64,000 bases of DNA from Lawsonibacter faecis (GCF_014287675.1 NZ_JACOPQ010000002.1:168649-232648), one strand, 5' to 3'. Numbered from the stretch's first letter, positions 36,970-47,143 are shown. Numbers and translations: made by a program. The notes: generated by a model not told the origin, from the letters alone.

Positions 36970-37830
36970 TCACTCCTGCCCGCTGAAAAACCGGCGGATT
37001 TCGTCCAGGCGGGCCACCGTCTGGTCGTACCCGTCCTGGTAGAGCGCCTTTATCTTCTCCACGTCCCGCTCGGTGCGGGAGAAGCCCTTGGTGTTTTTGG
37101 GGGAGATCAGCATGACCCGCCCCTCCCGCTCCAGCTGGAACAGCCGGGCGCGGCAGGCGTTGTAGGTGTCCGCCCGGCGGCGCATGGTGTCGCAGAAATT
37201 GGGGTACTTCCTGTACCAGCGCTCCAGCAGGGGCTGGAGCTTCTCCGGCTCCCGCCAGTACCCCCGCTCCCGGGTCTCAATCACCAGCACTCTGTCGCAG
37301 CCCCTGGCGAAGGCCCGCTCATAGGGGATGGCGTCGGCCGCGCCGCCGTCCATATAGGGCTTGTTGTTGATGCGGTAGACGGGGAACAGAAAGGGCAGCG
37401 CGCAGGTGGCCTGGAGGAGGACGAAATTGTCGTCGTACCGGGGCACGGGGAGATATTCCGCCGCGCCGGTATCCAGGTTGGTCACCACCGCCTCCACCTC
37501 CCCGGGGTAGGCGGCGAAGGCGTCGTAATCAAAGGGGATGAGCTGGTTGGGGATGGTGTCGTATGTAAATTCCAGCCCGAAATAGCAGTGGTGGTTGCCG
37601 GGCTTGGCCATGTTGCGCGGACCCATATAGCGCTTGTCGTTGGCGAAGCGGGTCAGAATCTCCAGGTTGCGCCCGCTCTGCCCGGAGAGGTAGCTCACGC
37701 CGTAGGCGATGCCCGCGGACACGCCGATGCAGTAGTCGGGCAGAATACCGCCCGCCAGCAGGCCGTCGCACGCGCCGCTGGAGAAGATGGTGCGGAAGGC
37801 GCCGCCCTCCAGAACCAATCCTGTTTTCAT
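36970..37830 (-). CDS. Patatin-like phospholipase
   Basis: GGAFRTIFSSG oxyanion motif, GVSAG nucleophile elbow (GxSxG) and DGG catalytic Asp. Confidence 0.85.
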   Translation of the reverse strand: MKTGLVLEGGAFRTIFSSGACDGLLAGGILPDYCIGVSAGIAYGVSYLSGQSGRNLEILTRFANDKRYMGPRNMAKPGNHHCYFGLEFTYDTIPNQLIPFDYDAFAAYPGEVEAVVTNLDTGAAEYLPVPRYDDNFVLLQATCALPFLFPVYRINNKPYMDGGAADAIPYERAFARGCDRVLVIETRERGYWREPEKLQPLLERWYRKYPNFCDTMRRRADTYNACRARLFQLEREGRVMLISPKNTKGFSRTERDVEKIKALYQDGYDQTVARLDEIRRFFSGQE

Positions 37831-37952
37831 AGGTCATCACTTCCTTGGCCTTTATTATAGCCTTTTTGACTGGAAATGTAAATTGAAGTTTGGCGGCGGC
37901 GGCGAGGGCGGGCCCGCCGGGCGCGGGGATGGAGGGGGCGGCCGCGCACCGC

Positions 37953-37980
37953 TTGACAATTTTGCGCGGAGGGCTATAAT
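37953..37980 (+). promoter_or_regulatory. Promoter of the marR-tauE operon
   Basis: -35 TTGACA, 16-nt spacer, -10 TATAAT. Confidence 0.6.
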
Positions 37981-38027
37981 AGTTCTCAATTCAATCGTTC
38001 TATTTTCAACCATTCGGAGGTGCGCCC

Positions 38028-38468
38028 ATGCCGCAGCCCATCGACTTCATGCGGATGATCCAGCAGATCCGGCGGCGCTACGCCGAGAGCCTCCGGCCGC
38101 TGGAGCGGCGCTGGATGCTGACCGGGAACGAGATCGACGTGCTCCTCTTCCTCGCCAACAACCCCGGGTACGACACGGCCCGGGACGCCGTGGAGATGCG
38201 GGGGCTGAGCAAGTCCCACGTGTGCAAGTCGGTGGACGCCCTCACCAGGAGGGGCTGGCTGGCGGGCGAGCAGGACAAGAGGGACCGGCGGTGCGTCCAC
38301 CTGCGCCTACTCCCCCCCGCCGTCCAGGCGGTGGAGGAGTGCCGCCTCGCCCAGCGGGCGTTTCTCGGCACGCTCTACGGCGGCGTCACCGACGATGAGC
38401 TGGAGACCATGGAGCGGGTGCTGCACAAGCTGGAACACAATATAAAGGGTGGTTCATCATGGCGCTGA
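38028..38468 (+). CDS. MarR family transcriptional regulator
   Basis: Winged-helix region LTGNEIDVLLFLANN...LSKSHVCKSVDALTRRGWL...DRR. Confidence 0.8.
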   Translation: MPQPIDFMRMIQQIRRRYAESLRPLERRWMLTGNEIDVLLFLANNPGYDTARDAVEMRGLSKSHVCKSVDALTRRGWLAGEQDKRDRRCVHLRLLPPAVQAVEECRLAQRAFLGTLYGGVTDDELETMERVLHKLEHNIKGGSSWR

Positions 38469-39229
38469 GTATGATCGTCTATATCATCGCGGGCCTGGGG
38501 GCCGGCATCGGCACGGGGCTGGCGGGCCTTTCCGCCGCCGCGGTCATCTCCCCCATGCTCATTACCTTCCTGGGATTCGACGCCTACGAGGCGGTGGGCA
38601 TCGCCCTGGCCTCCGACGTGCTGGCCTCGGCCATCTCGGCCTATACCTACGGCAGAAACAAGAATCTGGATGTGAAAAACGGCCTCATCATGCTGTGCAC
38701 GGTGCTGGTCTTCACCCTCTTCGGCTCCTGGGCCGCGTCCCTGGTGCCCAACACCATGATGGGCGGCTTCTCGGTGGTGATGACCTTCCTGCTGGGCGTG
38801 AAGTTCATCGCCCGGCCCGTCATGACCACCAAGGAGGTCCAGGCCGGAAAGAGCCCCAGGACCAAGCTCGTCCAGTCCCTGGCGTGCGGCACGGTCATCG
38901 GCTTTATCTGCGGCTTCATCGGCGCGGGGGGCGGCATGATGATGCTCCTCATCCTCACCAGCGTGCTGGGCTACGAGCTGAAGACCGCCGTGGGCACCAG
39001 CGTGTTCATCATGGCCTTCACCGCGTTCACCGGGGCGGCCTCCCACATGGTCATCGGCGGCTTCCCTGACCCGCTGGCCCTGGCGGTGTGCGTCATCGCC
39101 ACCCTGGCGGGGGCGCGGGGCTCCGCCCTCTTCGCCAATAAGGCCGACCCCAAGACCCTCAACCGCATCACCGGCGCGGTGCTGGCCGTGCTGGGCCTGG
39201 CGATGATGGCCGTGAAATTCTTCGGATAG
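38459..39229 (+). CDS. TauE/SafE family sulfite/anion exporter
   Basis: 8-TM protein with duplicated halves (GAGIGTGLAG... / GFIGAGGGMMM); overlaps the marR stop by 10 nt. Confidence 0.8.
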   Translation: MALSMIVYIIAGLGAGIGTGLAGLSAAAVISPMLITFLGFDAYEAVGIALASDVLASAISAYTYGRNKNLDVKNGLIMLCTVLVFTLFGSWAASLVPNTMMGGFSVVMTFLLGVKFIARPVMTTKEVQAGKSPRTKLVQSLACGTVIGFICGFIGAGGGMMMLLILTSVLGYELKTAVGTSVFIMAFTAFTGAASHMVIGGFPDPLALAVCVIATLAGARGSALFANKADPKTLNRITGAVLAVLGLAMMAVKFFG

Positions 39230-39248
39230 AGAAACAGGAGGCGGGCAT

Positions 39249-39554
39249 ATGGCCGATTTGGAAAAAGCCTTTACCCAGGAGCTGCTGGACAAGTGCGCGC
39301 AGGCAGAACGGGCGTGCGGGTACAACCCCGCCCGCCTCGTGCAGGCGCTCACGAAATACGGCGGGGTGCGCGCCGCAAGGGAGCTGCTCCGCAGGAACGG
39401 CGCTTCGGACGGATTCGCCAGGCTGCAGGCGTGCGGCCGCCTGGACTTGACGCTGGAGGCCACGGTGGCGGACCGGAAATACGCGGCGCTCTTCACCGAC
39501 GATGAGGTCAACGCCTGCTTCGCACTGCTGTGCGAGTATGGCTTTTTCGGGTGA
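39249..39554 (+). CDS. Hypothetical protein (101 aa)
   Basis: ORF with coding-like composition; no motif recognised. Confidence 0.45.
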   Translation: MADLEKAFTQELLDKCAQAERACGYNPARLVQALTKYGGVRAARELLRRNGASDGFARLQACGRLDLTLEATVADRKYAALFTDDEVNACFALLCEYGFFG

Positions 39555-39558
39555 GGGT

Positions 39559-39837
39559 ATGGTATACTGGGTCTACATCCTCCGCTGCGGCGACGGCAGC
39601 CTCTACACCGGCATCGCCCATGACGTGGAGCGCCGCCTGGCGGCCCACGCCGGCGGCAGGGGCGCCAAGTACACCCGGGGCCGGGGGCCGCTGGCGGTGG
39701 TCTACCGGGAGGCCTGCCCCGACAAGTCCGCCGCCCTGCGGCGGGAGCTGGCCATCAAGGCCATGACCCGGGCGGAGAAGCTCCGGCTCATCGAAGCCGG
39801 GGCCCCTGATGAAACCACAAGAGAACGGGACGGTTAA
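39559..39837 (+). CDS. GIY-YIG nuclease family protein (UPF0213)
   Basis: VYWVYILRCGDGSLYTGIAHDVERRLAAH...YT; GIY-YIG core. Confidence 0.75.
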   Translation: MVYWVYILRCGDGSLYTGIAHDVERRLAAHAGGRGAKYTRGRGPLAVVYREACPDKSAALRRELAIKAMTRAEKLRLIEAGAPDETTRERDG

Positions 39838-39838
39838 C

Positions 39839-40813
39839 ATGCGCTACTACATGGCCCCCATGGAGGGGGTGACCGGCTGGGTCTACCGCAATGCCTTCCA
39901 CCGGCATTTCACCGGCCCGGACAAGTACTATATGCCCTTCCTCTCCCCCAGGGCGGAGCACCATTTTTCCAAAAAGGAGCTTCAGGACGTGCTGCCCGAG
40001 CACAACGAGGGGCTCAGCGCCGTCCCCCAGCTCATGACCCGCTCCGCGGAGGATTTCGTCTGGGCGGCGGGCGAGCTGGGGCGGATGGGCTACCGGGAGG
40101 TGAACCTCAACCTGGGCTGTCCCTCGGGCACGGTGGTCGCCAAGGGGAAGGGCTCCGGCCTGCTGGCCAGTCCGGAGGAGCTGGACGCCTTTCTGGACGG
40201 AATTTACTCCGCGCCTCTGGACGTCTCCGTCACGGTGAAGACCCGCCTGGGGCTCCGGGCGCCGGAGGAGTTTGAGGCCCTGCTGGAGGTCTTTGGCAAA
40301 TACCCCATCCCGGAGCTCACAGTCCACCCCAGGGTCCAGAAGGACTTTTACAAAAACCGCGCGAGGCCGGAGTGGTTTGCGCGGGCCTGGGAGGTATCCT
40401 CCGCCCCCCTTTGCTACAACGGCGACCTGGTGAGCCTGGCGGACTGCCGGGCGGCTGCCGCCCGCTTTCCCGGAATTGAGGCGCTGATGCTGGGCCGGGG
40501 GCTGATTGCCAATCCCGGCCTTATCTCCCGGCTCAGGGGCGGGCCGGGGACGGACAGGGACGCCCTGCGCGGGTTCCACGACGAGCTCTACCAGGGCTAC
40601 TGCGAGACCTTCCGCAGCCGCCGCAACGCCGTCATGCGGATGAAGGAGGTCTGGTTCTACCTCATCCACCTGTTCCGCGACAGCGAAAGGCACGCCAAGA
40701 AGCTGCGCAAGGCCGCCGACCCGGCGGAGTACGAGGCCCGGGCCGCGGCCATCTTTCGGGATTTGGAGCTGCTGGAGGACCCCACGCTTTTTCAGACGGA
40801 TACCGGATGGTAA
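39839..40813 (+). CDS. tRNA-dihydrouridine synthase (Dus family)
   Basis: YMAPMEGVTGWVYR N-terminal Dus signature and a TIM-barrel core. Confidence 0.8.
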   Translation: MRYYMAPMEGVTGWVYRNAFHRHFTGPDKYYMPFLSPRAEHHFSKKELQDVLPEHNEGLSAVPQLMTRSAEDFVWAAGELGRMGYREVNLNLGCPSGTVVAKGKGSGLLASPEELDAFLDGIYSAPLDVSVTVKTRLGLRAPEEFEALLEVFGKYPIPELTVHPRVQKDFYKNRARPEWFARAWEVSSAPLCYNGDLVSLADCRAAAARFPGIEALMLGRGLIANPGLISRLRGGPGTDRDALRGFHDELYQGYCETFRSRRNAVMRMKEVWFYLIHLFRDSERHAKKLRKAADPAEYEARAAAIFRDLELLEDPTLFQTDTGW

Positions 40814-40854
40814 ACGGCAATATGATGCGTCCGCGCCCATGGGCGCGGACGCAT

Positions 40855-40915
40855 TTATGCTTGTCAGGAAAGCTCCGAGGGGCTTCCCTGACAGAGGGCT
40901 GCATGGCGGATGCTT
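40855..40915. repeat. Copy 5 (partial) of the dispersed intergenic repeat
   Basis: cttgtcaggaaagctccgaggggcttccctgacag hairpin + gctgcatggcggatgc. Confidence 0.6.
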
Positions 40916-41024
40916 ATTTGATTCCGCCGCCCGCGGGCGGCGGCTCTGCGGGGCTTTCTCCGGGGAGGGCTTTTTGGCAGCCTGGATGCATCCGCACTTG
41001 CATTTTCCCGGAATCCGTATTATG

Positions 41025-41043
41025 ATATTTTTACTAAAAATAT
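41025..41043. promoter_or_regulatory. AT-rich palindrome ATATTTTTAcTAAAAATAT upstream of galR; putative GalR autoregulatory operator
   Basis: 19-bp perfect inverted repeat around a central c; a related palindrome lies in the galK promoter. Confidence 0.5.
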
Positions 41044-41057
41044 GGAGCGGATGCACT

Positions 41058-42101
41058 ATGGCAACCCTGAAGGAACTGGCCGCCCGGACGGGCTACTCCC
41101 CCGCCACCATCTCCCGCATCCTCACAGGAGACCCGGATCTGGCCGTCTCGGAGGAGACCCGCCGCCGGGTGCTGGAGGCCGCCGGCGACCTGAACTACGC
41201 CGCCACCAAGAGCCGCCGGGGCCGGGCACCCAAGCGGCTGCTGCGCCTGGGCATCGCCGAGATGCTCACCCCCGCCGAGCAGCTGGACGACCCCTACTAC
41301 CTCTACCTGCGCAACTTTCTGGAGCAGGCCTGCCTGGATCAGAAGCTCTCCCCCATGCCCCTGCGGCGGCACGGAGCGCTCTTCCTCCCGCCGGAGGACG
41401 GCGGCGTGGACGCGGTGGCGGCCATCGGCATCTTCACCCCCGCCCAGATCCAGAGCCTGCGCACGGTGAGCGGCAATCTGGTCTTTCTGGACTCCTCCCC
41501 GGACGAGGCACACTGCGACTCCGTGGTGCTCAATTACGCGCTGGGCATCTCCCAGGCGCTGGAGTACCTGCTGGGCCTGGGCCACACCCGCGTGGGCTTC
41601 ATCGGCCCCACCATGAAGCTGGACGACTGGAAGCAGCCCGCGCCCGAGGAGCGCTGCCGCATCTTCCGCGCCTACATGGCGGAGCGGGGCCTCTTCGACC
41701 CCGCCCTCCTCATCGACGGCCCCATGGACGCCCGGCAGACGGCCCAGGCCCTGGAAGCCTTCCTCGCCTCCGGCCGCCCCCGGCCCACCGCCCTGCTGGC
41801 CGCCAACGAGGAAAATGCCCTGGGCGCGGTGCGCGCCCTCTCCCGCGCGGGGCTCTGCGTCCCGGGGGACATCTCCCTGGTCTCCTTCAACGACACCCCC
41901 CTCTCCGAGCTGGCGGAGCCGCCCCTCACGTCGGTCTCCACCCATGTGCGGGAGATGGCCCGCACCGCCGTGCGCCTGCTCTGCGAGCGCGCGTCCCTGG
42001 GGGACAGGCCCCCGGTGCGCACCCTGCCGCAGAAGGTGGTCGTCCCCCCCACGCTGGTGGTGCGGGAGAGCACCGCGCCGCCAAGGGCAAGAGAGGGGTG
42101 A
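41058..42101 (+). CDS. galR: LacI-family transcriptional regulator (GalR-like)
   Basis: MATLKELAARTGYSPATISRIL HTH and a periplasmic-binding-like core; immediately upstream of galKETM. Confidence 0.85.
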   Translation: MATLKELAARTGYSPATISRILTGDPDLAVSEETRRRVLEAAGDLNYAATKSRRGRAPKRLLRLGIAEMLTPAEQLDDPYYLYLRNFLEQACLDQKLSPMPLRRHGALFLPPEDGGVDAVAAIGIFTPAQIQSLRTVSGNLVFLDSSPDEAHCDSVVLNYALGISQALEYLLGLGHTRVGFIGPTMKLDDWKQPAPEERCRIFRAYMAERGLFDPALLIDGPMDARQTAQALEAFLASGRPRPTALLAANEENALGAVRALSRAGLCVPGDISLVSFNDTPLSELAEPPLTSVSTHVREMARTAVRLLCERASLGDRPPVRTLPQKVVVPPTLVVRESTAPPRAREG

Positions 42102-42219
42102 GCGGGAAGGGGCGCGGCTCCCGCCCTTCATTTCAATCCCCTTCTCCCCGCCAAATGCACAAGGTAACGACGCTTTTTTTGTGGGGATTCACAAAGTTTT
42201 CCGACTGTGGAAATAGCCG

Positions 42220-42248
42220 TTGAATTTTTAGTAAAAATTAAATATACT
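42220..42248 (+). promoter_or_regulatory. gal operon promoter with an embedded operator palindrome AATTTTTAgTAAAAATT (42223..42239)
   Basis: -35 TTGAAT, 17-nt spacer, -10 TATACT; the spacer is the 17-bp palindrome. Confidence 0.55.
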
Positions 42249-42279
42249 GTAGCCAAGAAAATGGATTGGAGTGACTTCC

Positions 42280-43581
42280 ATGCTCACCTGCCAAACGCTC
42301 ACGCAGCAGCTTTTGTCCGGCGCTCACGACGCCCGCCTGGAGCGGGTCTACTGCTGCCGGGACGCCGCCGCCCTTGACAGCGTCCGCGCCCGGGCCGTCC
42401 GGGCCGTGGACCGGTTCCGGGAGCTCTTCGCCGCCGGGGAGGCCCCCGCCGCCCTCTTCAGCGGTCCGGGGCGCACCGAGATCGGCGGCAACCACACCGA
42501 CCACCAGCACGGCCGTGTGCTGTGCGCCAGCGTCAATATGGATATGCTCGCCTGCGCCGCCCCCAACGGCACCGGGCTGGTGCGCGTCCACTCCGAGGGC
42601 TACCCCACCCTGACGGTGGACCTCGCCTCCCTGGTCCCCCACCCCGAAGAGCGCGACACCTCCGCCGCCCTGGTCCGGGGCGTGGCGGCGCGGATGGCCG
42701 ACCTGGGCTTCTCCCCCCGGGGGTTCGACGCCTACGTCTGCTCCTCCGTCCCCGCCGGGTCGGGCCTCTCCTCCTCCGCCGCCTACGAGGTGCTGGTGGG
42801 GACCATTTTCAATTCCTTTTTCTGCGGTGGTGCCCTCTCCCCGGTGCAGATTGCCCAGATCGGCCAGTACGCCGAGAACGTCTATTTCGGCAAGCCCTGC
42901 GGCCTGATGGACCAGATGGCCTCCGCCGTGGGCGGCACCGTGGCCATCGACTTCCGGGACCCCCAAGCCCCCGCGGTGCGGAAGATTCCATACGACTTCG
43001 CCCGCTCCGGCCATACCCTTTGCATCATCGACTCGGGCGCGGACCACGCCGACCTCACAAGCGAGTACGCCGCCATCACCAGCGAGATGGGGGCGGTGGC
43101 CGCCCACCTCGGCAAGGCCGTCCTGCGGGACGTGGCGGAGGGCGATTTCCGCGCCGCCGTCCCCGCCCTGCGCGGGGCGCTGGGGGACCGGGCGGTGCTC
43201 CGGGCCATCCACTTCTACGCCGACGACCGCCGGGCCGGGGAGGAGGCCCGGGCGCTGGAGGCGGACGACTTCGGCCGCTTCCTGGCCCTGGTGCGGGAGT
43301 CGGGCCGCTCCTCCAGCCTCTGTCTGCAAAACACCTTTGCCGCCTCCAACCCCCGTCAGCAGGCCATCCCCCTGGCCCTGTGCCGGGCGGAGGAGCTGCT
43401 GGGCGGCGCGGGGGCCGTCCGGGTCCACGGCGGCGGCTTCGCCGGGACCATCCAGGCCTTCGTACCCAACGGGCTGCTGGAGCCCTTCCTCACCGGGATG
43501 GAGGAGCTGCTGGGCAGGGATATGTGCCACATTCTCGCCATCCGCCCGGAGGGCGGGTGTCTGCTGGCGGGAGAAGTATAA
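42280..43581 (+). CDS. galK: Galactokinase
   Basis: GRTEIGGNHTDHQHG and PAGSGLSSSAA GHMP-kinase motifs; RBS ggattggag. Confidence 0.9.
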   Translation: MLTCQTLTQQLLSGAHDARLERVYCCRDAAALDSVRARAVRAVDRFRELFAAGEAPAALFSGPGRTEIGGNHTDHQHGRVLCASVNMDMLACAAPNGTGLVRVHSEGYPTLTVDLASLVPHPEERDTSAALVRGVAARMADLGFSPRGFDAYVCSSVPAGSGLSSSAAYEVLVGTIFNSFFCGGALSPVQIAQIGQYAENVYFGKPCGLMDQMASAVGGTVAIDFRDPQAPAVRKIPYDFARSGHTLCIIDSGADHADLTSEYAAITSEMGAVAAHLGKAVLRDVAEGDFRAAVPALRGALGDRAVLRAIHFYADDRRAGEEARALEADDFGRFLALVRESGRSSSLCLQNTFAASNPRQQAIPLALCRAEELLGGAGAVRVHGGGFAGTIQAFVPNGLLEPFLTGMEELLGRDMCHILAIRPEGGCLLAGEV

Positions 43582-43594
43582 AGGAGGTTTTCTT

Positions 43595-44587
43595 ATGGCG
43601 ATTCTGGTATTGGGGGGAGCCGGCTACATCGGCTCCCACACGGTATACGAGCTCATCGACGCGGGGCGGGACGTGGTGGTGGCCGACAATCTGCAGACCG
43701 GCTTCCGCGCCGCCGTCCACCCCAAGGCCCGGTTCTACGAGCTGGACATCCGCGACCGCCCGGCCCTGGACGCCCTCTTTGAGCGGGAGTCCATCGAGGG
43801 GGTCATCCACTTCGCCGCCTCCTCCCAGGTGGGCGAGAGCATGACCGACCCCCTGAAGTACTACGACAACAACCTCTGCGGCACCATGGTCCTTCTCCAG
43901 TCCATGGTGGCCCACCAGGTCGGTAAAATCGTCTTCTCCTCCACCGCCGCCACCTACGGCGAGCGGTCGCAGATGCCCATTCTGGAGAGCGACCGGACCG
44001 AGCCCACCAACTGCTACGGGGAGACCAAGCTCTCCATGGAGCGGATGATGGGCTGGGTCTCCCGGGCCCACGGCCTGCGGTACGTGGCCCTGCGCTACTT
44101 CAACGCCTGCGGCGCCCACCCCTCGGGCAGCATCGGCGAGGCCCACGACCCGGAGACCCATCTGGTGCCCGTCATCCTCCAGGTCCCCAACGGCCGGCGC
44201 GCCGCCGTCTCGGTCTTCGGCGGCGACTACCCCACCAAGGACGGCACCTGCGTGCGGGACTACATCCACGTCACCGACCTGGCCCAGGCCCACATCCTGG
44301 CGCTGGACTATCTGCTCCGGGGCGGTGAGAACAATGTCTTCAATCTGGGCAACGGTGTGGGCTTCACGGTGAGGGAGGTCATTGAGTGCGCCCGCGCCGT
44401 CACCGGCCACCCCATCCCCGCCGAGCTCTCACCCCGCCGGGCAGGTGACCCGGCCCAGCTGGTGGCCTCGTCGGAGAAGGCCAAAGCAGTCCTGGGCTGG
44501 AGGCCCAGATACAACGACCTGGAGACCATCGTGGCCTCCGCCTGGAACTGGCATAAAAATCACCCCAACGGCTATCAGGAGGGCTAA
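43595..44587 (+). CDS. galE: UDP-glucose 4-epimerase
   Basis: ILVLGGAGYIGSH Rossmann fold; YGETK catalytic YxxxK; RBS aaaggagg. Confidence 0.92.
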   Translation: MAILVLGGAGYIGSHTVYELIDAGRDVVVADNLQTGFRAAVHPKARFYELDIRDRPALDALFERESIEGVIHFAASSQVGESMTDPLKYYDNNLCGTMVLLQSMVAHQVGKIVFSSTAATYGERSQMPILESDRTEPTNCYGETKLSMERMMGWVSRAHGLRYVALRYFNACGAHPSGSIGEAHDPETHLVPVILQVPNGRRAAVSVFGGDYPTKDGTCVRDYIHVTDLAQAHILALDYLLRGGENNVFNLGNGVGFTVREVIECARAVTGHPIPAELSPRRAGDPAQLVASSEKAKAVLGWRPRYNDLETIVASAWNWHKNHPNGYQEG

Positions 44588-44589
44588 CC

Positions 44590-46095
44590 ATGAAGGACAT
44601 CAACACCGCCGTCGCCCAGCTCGCGGCCTACGCCGAGCGCACCGGCCTCATCGAGCCCTGCGAGAGAACCTGGGCCGTAAACACGCTGCTGGAGGGCCTG
44701 GGCCTTAGCTCCTACGCGCCCCCGGAGGGACCCGTGTCCGGGGACGCGGACCTGAACGAGCTTCTCAACGCCCTGATGGACGACGCCCACGCCCGGGGCG
44801 TGCTCCCGGAGGACTCCATCGCCTACCGGGACCTCTTCGACACCGCCCTCATGGGCCGCCTCACCCCCCGGCCCGCCCAGGTGGCGGAGAGGTTCCGCGC
44901 ACTCTACGCCCAGAGCCCCGAGGCGGCCACCGACTGGTACTACAAGTTCAGCCAGGACACCAACTATATCCGCCGCGACCGCATCGCCAGGGACATGAAG
45001 TGGGTCACCTCCACGCCCTACGGCGACCTGGACATCACCATCAACCTCTCCAAGCCGGAGAAGGACCCCAAGGCCATCGCCGCCGCCCGGAACCTGCCCG
45101 CCTCGGCCTACCCCCGCTGCCAGCTCTGCGCCGAGAACGAGGGTTACGCGGGCCGCCTGGACCACCCCGCCCGGGGGAACCACCGCATCGTGCCCATCAC
45201 CATCAATTCCTCCCCCTGGTTCCTGCAGTACTCCCCCTATGTGTACTATAATGAGCACTGCATCTGCCTCAATGCCGAGCACACCCCCATGAAAATCGAC
45301 CGGGCCTGCTTTGCAAAGCTATTAGACTTTACAGCCCAGTTCCCCCACTACTTCGTCGGCTCCAACGCCGATCTGCCCATCGTGGGCGGTTCCATCCTGG
45401 CCCACGACCACTTCCAGGGGGGGCGGTTCACCTTCGCCATGGAGAAGGCCCCCGTGGAGCGGGCGGTCTCCTTCCCCGGCTTTGAGGACGTGGAGGCTGG
45501 CATCGTCAAGTGGCCCATGTCGGTCATCCGCATCGCCTGCGCCGACCGGGCTCGGCTGGTGGAGCTGGCGGACAAAATCCTGACCTCCTGGCGGGGCTAC
45601 ACCGACGCGGACGCCTTCGTCTTCGCCGAGACGGTCGGCGAGCCCCACAACACCGTCACCCCCATCGCCCGGAAGCGCCGCGGCAGGTTCGAGCTGGATC
45701 TGGTGCTGCGCAACAACATCACCACCGCCGAGCACCCCATGGGCCTCTACCACCCCCACGCCGAGCTGCACCACATCAAGAAGGAGAACATCGGCCTCAT
45801 CGAGGTGATGGGCCTGGCCGTCCTCCCCGCCCGGCTCAAGGACGAGCTGAGCGCCGTGGCGGACTGTCTGGCGGCGGGGGTTGACCTCCGGGCCGACGAG
45901 CGGACCGCCAAGCACGCAGACTGGGCGGAGGGCTTCCGTGTAAAGTATCCCTCCATTACAGCAGAAAACGCCATGGATATCGTAAAGGAGGAGACCGGCC
46001 TCGTGTTCGCCCAGGTGCTGGAGCACGCCGGGGTCTACCGCCGCAGCGAGGCCGGACAGGCCGCGTTCCTGAAATTTATAGGGCAGGTGAACTGA
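44590..46095 (+). CDS. galT: UDP-glucose--hexose-1-phosphate uridylyltransferase (type 2 GalT)
   Basis: About 500-aa Firmicutes-type GalT (e.g. YPRCQLCAENEG, HDHFQGG); position in the gal operon. Confidence 0.85.
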   Translation: MKDINTAVAQLAAYAERTGLIEPCERTWAVNTLLEGLGLSSYAPPEGPVSGDADLNELLNALMDDAHARGVLPEDSIAYRDLFDTALMGRLTPRPAQVAERFRALYAQSPEAATDWYYKFSQDTNYIRRDRIARDMKWVTSTPYGDLDITINLSKPEKDPKAIAAARNLPASAYPRCQLCAENEGYAGRLDHPARGNHRIVPITINSSPWFLQYSPYVYYNEHCICLNAEHTPMKIDRACFAKLLDFTAQFPHYFVGSNADLPIVGGSILAHDHFQGGRFTFAMEKAPVERAVSFPGFEDVEAGIVKWPMSVIRIACADRARLVELADKILTSWRGYTDADAFVFAETVGEPHNTVTPIARKRRGRFELDLVLRNNITTAEHPMGLYHPHAELHHIKKENIGLIEVMGLAVLPARLKDELSAVADCLAAGVDLRADERTAKHADWAEGFRVKYPSITAENAMDIVKEETGLVFAQVLEHAGVYRRSEAGQAAFLKFIGQVN

Positions 46096-46096
46096 C

Positions 46097-47143
46097 TTGA
46101 CAGAGCTTACTTCCCGCCCCTTCGGGGCGACTGCAGAGGGGACTTTTGTGGAGTGCTGGACCCTCGATAACCATAACGGCATGACCGCCGAAATTCTGAC
46201 CTACGGCGGCATCCTGCGCACTCTGACCGTCCCCTCCCCCACCGGCCCCCGGGACGTGGTGCTGGGCCTGGACACCGTGGCCGACTACGAGGCCAACCCC
46301 GGCCCCCATCTGGGCGCGCTGGTGGGCCGGGTGGCGGGCCGCATCAGCGGCGCGTCCTTCGCGCTCAACGGCAAGGAATATCACTTGACAGCCAACGCCC
46401 CCCACACCTGTCTCCACGGCGGGGCCAAGGGCTACGCCAAGCAGGTGTGGCAGGCCGAGGCCGTGGACGGCAAGCTGGTCCTGACCTACTTCAGCCCCGA
46501 CGGCGAGGAGCATTTCCCCGGGAATCTGAAGGTAAGGGTCGTCTACGCCCTCACCGCCAACAATTCTCTCACCATCGAGTACTTCGCCGAGACTGACGGG
46601 TCGACCATCGTGAACCTCACCAACCACAGCTATTTCAATCTGGAGGGGCACGGCGCGGGCACGGTGGACGGCCATACCGCCCAGTTCTTCGCCGACTATA
46701 TCACTGAGAACAACGCCGAGAAGGTCCCCACCGGGGTGCTCATCGGCGTGACGGGCACCCCCTTCGACCTCCGGGAGCCCAAGCTCCTGGGTCCCGGCCT
46801 CATAAGCGGCCATCCCCAGATCGCGGCGGCCCACGGGTACGACCATAACTTTGTCCTCAAGTCCCAGCTGGACGGCGTGTTCCAGACCGCCGCCGTCCTG
46901 GAGGCGGGGGGCGTGCGCATGGAGTGCGAGACCACCCAGCCCGGCGTGCAGTTCTATACCGCCAACTTCCTGGATGTGCCCCGGGGCAAGGACGGCGCGG
47001 CCTACGGCGTTCACTCCGGCCTCTGCCTGGAGACCCAGGGCTGGCCCGACGCCGTCCACCACCCGGACTTCCCCTCCCCCGTCCTCAAGCCCGGCGAGAC
47101 GTACCACCACCTGACGGTGTACCGGTTTACAAGCGCGAAGTGA
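46097..47143 (+). CDS. galM: Aldose 1-epimerase (galactose mutarotase)
   Basis: Aldose_epim fold motifs (NHSYFNL, HGG); TTG start 1 nt after the galT stop. Confidence 0.8.
   Translation: MTELTSRPFGATAEGTFVECWTLDNHNGMTAEILTYGGILRTLTVPSPTGPRDVVLGLDTVADYEANPGPHLGALVGRVAGRISGASFALNGKEYHLTANAPHTCLHGGAKGYAKQVWQAEAVDGKLVLTYFSPDGEEHFPGNLKVRVVYALTANNSLTIEYFAETDGSTIVNLTNHSYFNLEGHGAGTVDGHTAQFFADYITENNAEKVPTGVLIGVTGTPFDLREPKLLGPGLISGHPQIAAAHGYDHNFVLKSQLDGVFQTAAVLEAGGVRMECETTQPGVQFYTANFLDVPRGKDGAAYGVHSGLCLETQGWPDAVHHPDFPSPVLKPGETYHHLTVYRFTSAK

Noticed and set aside
36938-36977. Perfect inverted repeat gtgacctttgccgccg-cgc-cggcggcaaaggtcac at the 3' end of the patatin gene as a terminator
   Set aside because: It overlaps the last codons and stop codon and is not followed by a U-run on the coding strand. 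It may be a stability element, but it is not a clear intrinsic terminator.
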